Source of the DNA: Craspedostauros australis
Taxonomy: Eukaryota
Direction: 5' to 3'
DNA length: 36,820 bases
Assembly: GCA_030167865.1 (NCBI GenBank)
Contig: JALAGF010003195.1
Location: 1-36,820, forward strand
Within the stretch, counting starts at the first letter, position 1, and each line of letters opens with the position of its first letter. Of this stretch, positions 31,192-36,820 are shown one piece after another. The notes below the pieces were generated by a model, which was not told the DNA's origin, did not search any database, and worked only from the letters and a program-made list of their open reading frames with translations. Position numbers and translations under genes: made by a program.

Positions 31192-32771
31192 CTACAACTC
31201 GAACGATGTCTCCAAATGGGCCATGCAACCAGCGATTCCGGCTTCCAGACCAGAGTCGATGACAGGACCGCCATTGGCGGGATCGAAGTTATCCACCCAC
31301 GTGCAGGTATCGGAGACCTGGATATTATACGCAGTGATGATGGCCTGCATCTCGGCGTAAAATGTCGCCTTGTCCACCTTGCGCTCGCGGAAGAAGGATG
31401 CGTTGATGGGCACGCCACCGGCGAAGCTTTGCGCAGTTCGCGTGCGGCGCATGGCACCATCTGGCGTTTCCGTCAAGGTGGTGAGCTGGCTTTGGAAGAT
31501 GGAGTCGCCCAGAAGGACCTGGTAGAGCACAGCGTTGTCCGCCCCGACGAGCTCTGTCGTCGTAGCGAAGATCCCAGCGAACGGACCAGAGATGTCGCCG
31601 CCGAGCTCTGGGTTGGTGCTGCACGTCATCGCAGCTTGGTCGGCCTCGAAGACCTTGGTGTTACCGTTCACTCCGCATGTGCCGGTCCCGACGACGGAGT
31701 CATTTACTGCGCACTCCTCTGCGATTTGCGGGGGGTAAAAGAAAACGTTGCGCTGACGGTAGGCATTCCTGGTGTTGTCGGTGTCGCAGTGTGTGGAACG
31801 AATATGATGGTGACCATCAGATGATTGGTCGAGATTGCACCGCGGGTGAGCAAGTTGCTGCGATAGTCACATACAGTACATGACGAGAGATGCAACTCGA
31901 GTATGTATAAAATCAAGCAGTGTGATATTCCATACCGCATGCAGCACGCGATTTGTGCCATGCCCCTCGATGCTTCACAAATTACGAGCACACAACAGAA
32001 GAACGCCTCTGCTGGGCATGATCATGACTCACCCTTCGACATTGCCCGTGATGAAGCCCTTGTACGAGTCGTAGCGGTAGTTCCAAGTGGCAGAGCTGAA
32101 AGGTTGGCCATCCGCACCGTAGAAGGTGTAGTCGCCAATCCAGTACCCCTCCTCTGCTCGCCACTGGGGATAGTCTGCAAGGTTGACAGTCTCCGGGTCG
32201 CATTCGTCGACCTCCGATTTGGATGCTTTCGATGATTTACTCGTCTTCAGTGTTCTTTGTTGGATGCCGCTTTCACCATCGCGAAACTCGTGGACATGAT
32301 CGGCTTCCTTTGCGCCAGCTTCAGTTTGTGCTTGTCGTTGACGACGGTGCGCGGATTGCTTTCCAAGGTGATGCGTTGGCGTCTGCGCGGTGCGTTGGAT
32401 CGATACAAAGCATTATTGAATTAGATGGTGCAGTCCAGAGTGAAGTGGAGGGGAGTGGAGCACAAGCACAGTTGAGTGATGTAGGCGACGAGAAGCAAAC
32501 GGTGGTATCGGCACAGACAGATGGATGAGTCGGAGTGGGCGGATTGTTTGCGAACATTCGAGTTCCCTGTGCTGTCTCTGGTCGAAGAAGAAGATACGCT
32601 GGTCATTCCAGGATACTCCCATGAACGTACGTCGCCGATGATCGCCTGGAGCTTCGCCGCGTCGTGGTAATCGATCTCGCTGCCTGCTGCATGTGTCACT
32701 GCCGATGCGACGGACGAATTGGCAATGGCCAGGGCAACAAGCGCCACCAAACGCTGGTTGTTGGACATCAT
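31192..32771 (-). CDS. Uncharacterised secreted protein with RXL plus KxxK segment; 3 exons (32771-32556, 32382-32033, 31768-31192)
   Basis: Exon 1 encodes a signal peptide (MMSNNQRLVALVALAIANSSVASA). Exon 2 reads TPTHHLGK...QRTLKTSKSSKASKSEVDECDPETVNLADYPQWRAEEGYWIGDYTFYGADGQPFSSATWNYRYDSYKGFITGNVEG. Intron 31769-32032 (GTGAGT...CCAG, phase 2) joins it in frame to NAYRQRNVFFYPP...RRTRTAQSF...HLETSFEL*. The first intron (32383-32555, GTTCGC...GCAG) has a weaker donor and is less certain. Confidence 0.8.
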
Positions 32772-33603
32772 GATGCCGGATGATTTGAGAGAGCGGTGCG
32801 GAGATGCTCAATGCGATGTTTGTGAGCCAAAGGTATGAGAAGGAAGGTGGATGGAGGACAGATGGATGGGGGGCGTTGTTGTTGTTGCTGTCGTTGCTGA
32901 ATGCGGACACTTGGAGGGCGGGATCGGAAGATCTCAATTTTTCATGGAATAATTCGTACGCGTGCTTTGGTGACAAGTGAACATACTCTGTCCGTGGGGG
33001 CGCTTGATCCTGTGCGACTGGTACAGGGACATCACGGTGCTGATGATACACGTGTGACAAAACGTGTTGGGAGCTTGGCACGATGGAGGCTCATTGGCCA
33101 TCTCTGTGGAGAAGAACGCTGGTGAGAGCACGTGCACGAACCGTGAGCACTCAAAGTGCATGGCGAGTTAGTGAAGGCACAATCTCCCCGGGGCGGGCCT
33201 ATCCTTTCTGCTTCAAGGTAGCCTCAATTCGCACTATGCCAAGAGAGAGAGAGACGGCAAGTCCAAGGATTCATCGTTTCACTTGCATCTAATCAAAACC
33301 ACGCCGTGTCCTGGTACCTGCAGAGAGGCGTTGCCGTTGCCAAATAGGGATGCGTGCTGGTGGCCAAAAAGGCGCCACCATCGAGGGACGACCAACGAAT
33401 CCTTCACCAACAAGAAGAGCAACAACAACCGCTCTGTCAGAAAGTGTGAAGTGAAGAGATTGTGTCGCGAAGGGCAATTTGTGGTGCGAGACTGCATTAA
33501 TGAGCCATGCGGGATTGTGGTTGAAGTTGATTGCTCTCGCTTGGCGAACACGGACGAGTCCGATCACGGTCGGCGTTGTCGGACAGTATTGACATTTTTC
33601 ATT

Positions 33604-33666
33604 TGACCGTTTGAGTGTACGGTCCATCTGTGACCGTTTGGACGTACCTGAGTGTCTGACCGTTTG
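33604..33666. repeat. Three exact copies of TGACCGTTTG at 26-27 nt spacing
   Basis: Copies at 33604-33613, 33631-33640 and 33657-33666, with dissimilar 17-nt and 16-nt spacers. Confidence 0.85.
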
Positions 33667-35378
33667 CATTCCACCGACGCATACACTGCACAGTACTGCA
33701 ATGCTATTCCAGATTGCACGACTTCACCATTCACTCATTCTCATCTTCTCCATTTCACGCTCCTCTACTCTCCTCTCCTCTACTTTTCTGTGTTTTGCTT
33801 GCATGTGATGTCGGTGGGAGCGGCAGTACGATGGATTGTGTGAGGTTGATGTTGCTGACGTTTGCTATGTTTCGAGTTGTTGGGAGAGGCAGAGACGGCC
33901 GCCAGCATGGATACTTGCATCATGCGGACCGCATACTCTTTCGTTTCCTCTACCACTTGCACTGCCGTTGGTCCATCTATCCGTATGTGCGTGTGCCCTG
34001 GATTCGCCGCTCTTCCTCGCTCGCAACGCAGATGATGAAGACAATGAGGACTCCTTGTTCAATGCCTCGTTTGGTTGGAAACTAGTTTCGTGCCATTTTC
34101 ATTTCCGCCTTGCGTGACGCCGATGATTTGCACACCGATGCTGATCGAGAGCGAGGGATGACGAGGAGATATCTGCGATCGATAAGATCCTGGATTTGGA
34201 GCAGCGGCGTTATCTGTTGATGAAGGATGTGGCATGGAGTGCTGTGATGGGGCGAGATGCGTTTCTGAGGACTTGGTTGTGAAAGGTATATCATGCATAG
34301 AGATTCGGTGGTCCTCATGACCCAGCAGCGTACAATATAATAGCATCTGCTCTAGTGTCGCTCTGCTGCTTCATGGTTCGACAGGGGGACGACACTCACG
34401 CGAAGCGATAGCAGAATTGATCCGCCATGCATTGGCTGGTCCATGCTATCTGTTCGTTCATTCGTCCATCCCTTTGTAAGAATTTGGATTGCCGATCCAG
34501 TCGAAGCGGTTGTGCGGCACCAAGACAACTGTGTGCATTGTACGTGCATTGTACATTGAGCTGATTGCTGGTTGCTGCCAGCAGTGTCGTGATCATCTCC
34601 CGATCCCTCGTTCGTCGGATGCAGTCATTGAGTCGCTTGCGCTCCGGATCATCCTTGTGACAGCTTGGGTACAGCTATGATGTATCACGAGAGGGGCAGA
34701 CTCCTTCTCATTGTCCTTCTGTGCAGGTCATGTGCTCTGATTGCATCGGTATTCCAGTGAGATACCAATTATACGATCAATGGCTGCACAAACCAGAACC
34801 GATGTTGCAGATACGTGAGAGGGGAGGGGAGAGCTCGGATGGTGTTGGGATTGTGGTTCTGTTGGTGTTGGAGTGAGCAGACGAAGAAAGATGTCGTTCA
34901 TGTTTGTCGCTGAGATGAACAAGAATCGCGAAGCGAAGATCCAAACTTTGCAGGGTATATGAATTTGCATTGTGTCCAAAGCGTCAGCCTTGCACCTCTC
35001 TAAAATACCCTCATCTCTTGCATTTTCCTAGAGATAACCGTGGTGAGATGCATCAATGGGCCACACGTCATTCTTTGAGACCCTTTGAGGGAACACACAT
35101 CTTTTTGCACCATCCGCCCTTTTTCAACAGTTTTTCTTTTTTTCGTGTATCGATTTCTGCAACACTCACATCCCATTGTCTTCTGTTGTGCTCGTACATA
35201 TTATGATAACCTTGGATACAATACTATGAGCTACTCGTACTGTGACGTACTTTTATTTTTACTTACACAGAGTGCGGGCATCCTCCGACCTGATGGAGTC
35301 TCACTCGTTGTCGAAGTACGGATGAAGCAAGCGCGGCCGCATCAGGGGCTGTCCCTCACCCAAACGTATCTATTTCAT

Positions 35379-36820
35379 TCATTCCGACTCTATTGCTCCT
35401 ACCACGCTCTCTAGTCCCCATCTCATGCGCATTCCGTCCATGTCTTGATGCGGATTTGTGTCCCTGTCCTCACATCTCTTTTCCGTGGCAGGCCGAACAA
35501 GGAAGCACGCCACGTTGGAGTCGGACAGCCCCACGACCGCTGATGGTACCAGAGGGGTATCGTGCGAGGATCTCACAGATGCGCGGCGGGTATTTTCCTG
35601 TTCAATGCTGCTGCCGTTTCTCTTGTGCTTTGGCCTCCGTCGGCGTATCAGAGCGGTGGCTTCGCTTGTTCCTTGTCGCGGCGGGTGATGATCCAGCCTC
35701 GGCTCAAAGAATGCAGGCATCTTCGCATCACTGTGGAAATGCTTCTGCGCATACTTCAACGCCGTATCGCCAGCCTTGTTCCGCACGTGCGGATCGATCT
35801 CCTTCAACCTCATGAGGTACTGGACCAGCTCCAAGCAGTTGTCTTTCACCGTGCAGTGAAGCACCGTGTTCCCTTCATTGTTCACCCCATGCACATCCAT
35901 CTTCGCGTTGCTTGAATTAACAAACAGTTTCATCATCTCTACCTTGTCATCGTCACGGCCGTCATCATCATGGCTGTTATCGTCGTCATCGACAAAATTT
36001 CTGCCGACGATGCCGTTGGTGTTGCTGTTGCTTTGGGCTTGGCAAGTGCAGTGCAGAACGGTGTCACCATTGCTGTTCTGCAGCGTTGCACCCACCGAGT
36101 CACGCCCGACCAAACGTTGAAGGATGGATATACCACCAGCTTGGCATGCAAGATGGAGAAGTGTGTCATCATCATGATTATGAATGCTTGCGATTGGTTT
36201 GGCCTCAGCCATCAATCGTTCGATGATAAGCGTATCTCCCAAGGAGTTCTTTGGATGACAGAAGTCGTTGAGGTTGGTCTTGGGGACGACTTGGTGTTGG
36301 ATGAAATTGAAGGGGCAGGTGTGTCTGGTGGTATCATTGGTCCGGCATCATCTGATTCTGGCAGGTATCGAAGGATGTCTGTTCCCGCCCTGCAATATGC
36401 CAAATGCAAAGGTGCGTCACCTTCATCATTCTACTTGTTGATGTTGACATCGACACCGAATTGCCCTGATCGTACCAAGTGCTGCAACGTTGGCCTGTCC
36501 TTGTTCGCAAGCATGATGGAGCAAACTGTTCTTATCGTTGTCTTCCATGATGAAGTGGAGTCGATCAGATCCCCATCAAGTGATCGACAACACCTCTGTT
36601 TCCGTACCTGGGAGCAAGATGAAGCAACGCCTGCTCTTTGTTGTTTCGGGTGTTGGCATTCACATCGCTTCGATCCGACTGCTTGAAGTACTTGATGATG
36701 TCTTGGTGTCCAGCCTTGCATGCAGTATGCATTGGCGTTTTGCTGTCGTTGTCTCGAATGTTGACATGCACGTGCACACGATCCAACGCCATCAGGCAAT
36801 CCACAGCGTCTGCGTGTCCA
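35379..36820 (-). pseudogene. Disrupted ankyrin-repeat gene; 5' end lies outside the window
   Basis: ANK repeats (KTPMHTACKAGH, ALLHLAPRYGN, NSLLHHACEQGQ, GDAPLHLAYC, DTLLHLACQAG, GDTVLHCTC, GNTVLHCTV, GDTALKYA) are spread over all three frames. There is a TGA at 36565-36567 and an in-frame TAG at 36431-36433 (VNINK*NDEGDAPLHL). Confidence 0.72.

Noticed and set aside
33604-33666. CRISPR-like repeat-spacer appearance
   Set aside because: Repeats of 10 nt and spacers of 16-17 nt are far too short, there are no cas genes, and the context is eukaryotic.
33780-34980. Short coding-looking minus-strand fragments between the secreted-protein gene and the ankyrin pseudogene
   Set aside because: Could be a decayed gene, but I could not build a consistent frame, splice model or family assignment.
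34960-35380. AT-richer segment, possible transposon remnant
   Set aside because: I found no terminal inverted repeats, target-site duplication or transposase similarity.

Overview
Gene-dense eukaryotic nuclear DNA, most likely from a stramenopile or diatom. This is inferred from a bipartite plastid-targeting motif, RXL/KxxK motifs in secreted proteins and GT-AG introns of about 170-330 nt. I reconstructed 12 protein-coding genes and one disrupted ankyrin-repeat gene cut by the window end. Recognisable conserved genes: ALKBH7-like dioxygenase, Amun-like HhH protein, PAN3, MAT1/MNAT1, DRS1/DDX27 helicase, a DUF1499 plastid protein and PIGO/GPI13. The strongest candidate for new biology is a class C-like (GABA-B-type) 7TM receptor. 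Its ectodomain is a dCache-type sensor with a complete amino-acid-binding motif (YxxxxRxW..Y..D) and a 12-Cys insert, making it a candidate amino-acid-sensing GPCR. Also notable: a disordered protein with three WH2-like actin-binding motifs, a modular secreted mucin/adhesin-like protein, a three-exon secreted protein with a silaffin-like RTL-KTSKSSKASK segment (mostly missed by the ORF track) with three spaced CAAACGGTCA boxes upstream, and an unassigned ~8-TM protein that may be a 4+4 duplication. I saw no tRNA, rRNA, CRISPR array or recognisable mobile element. All family calls are by motif recognition; no database searches were run.
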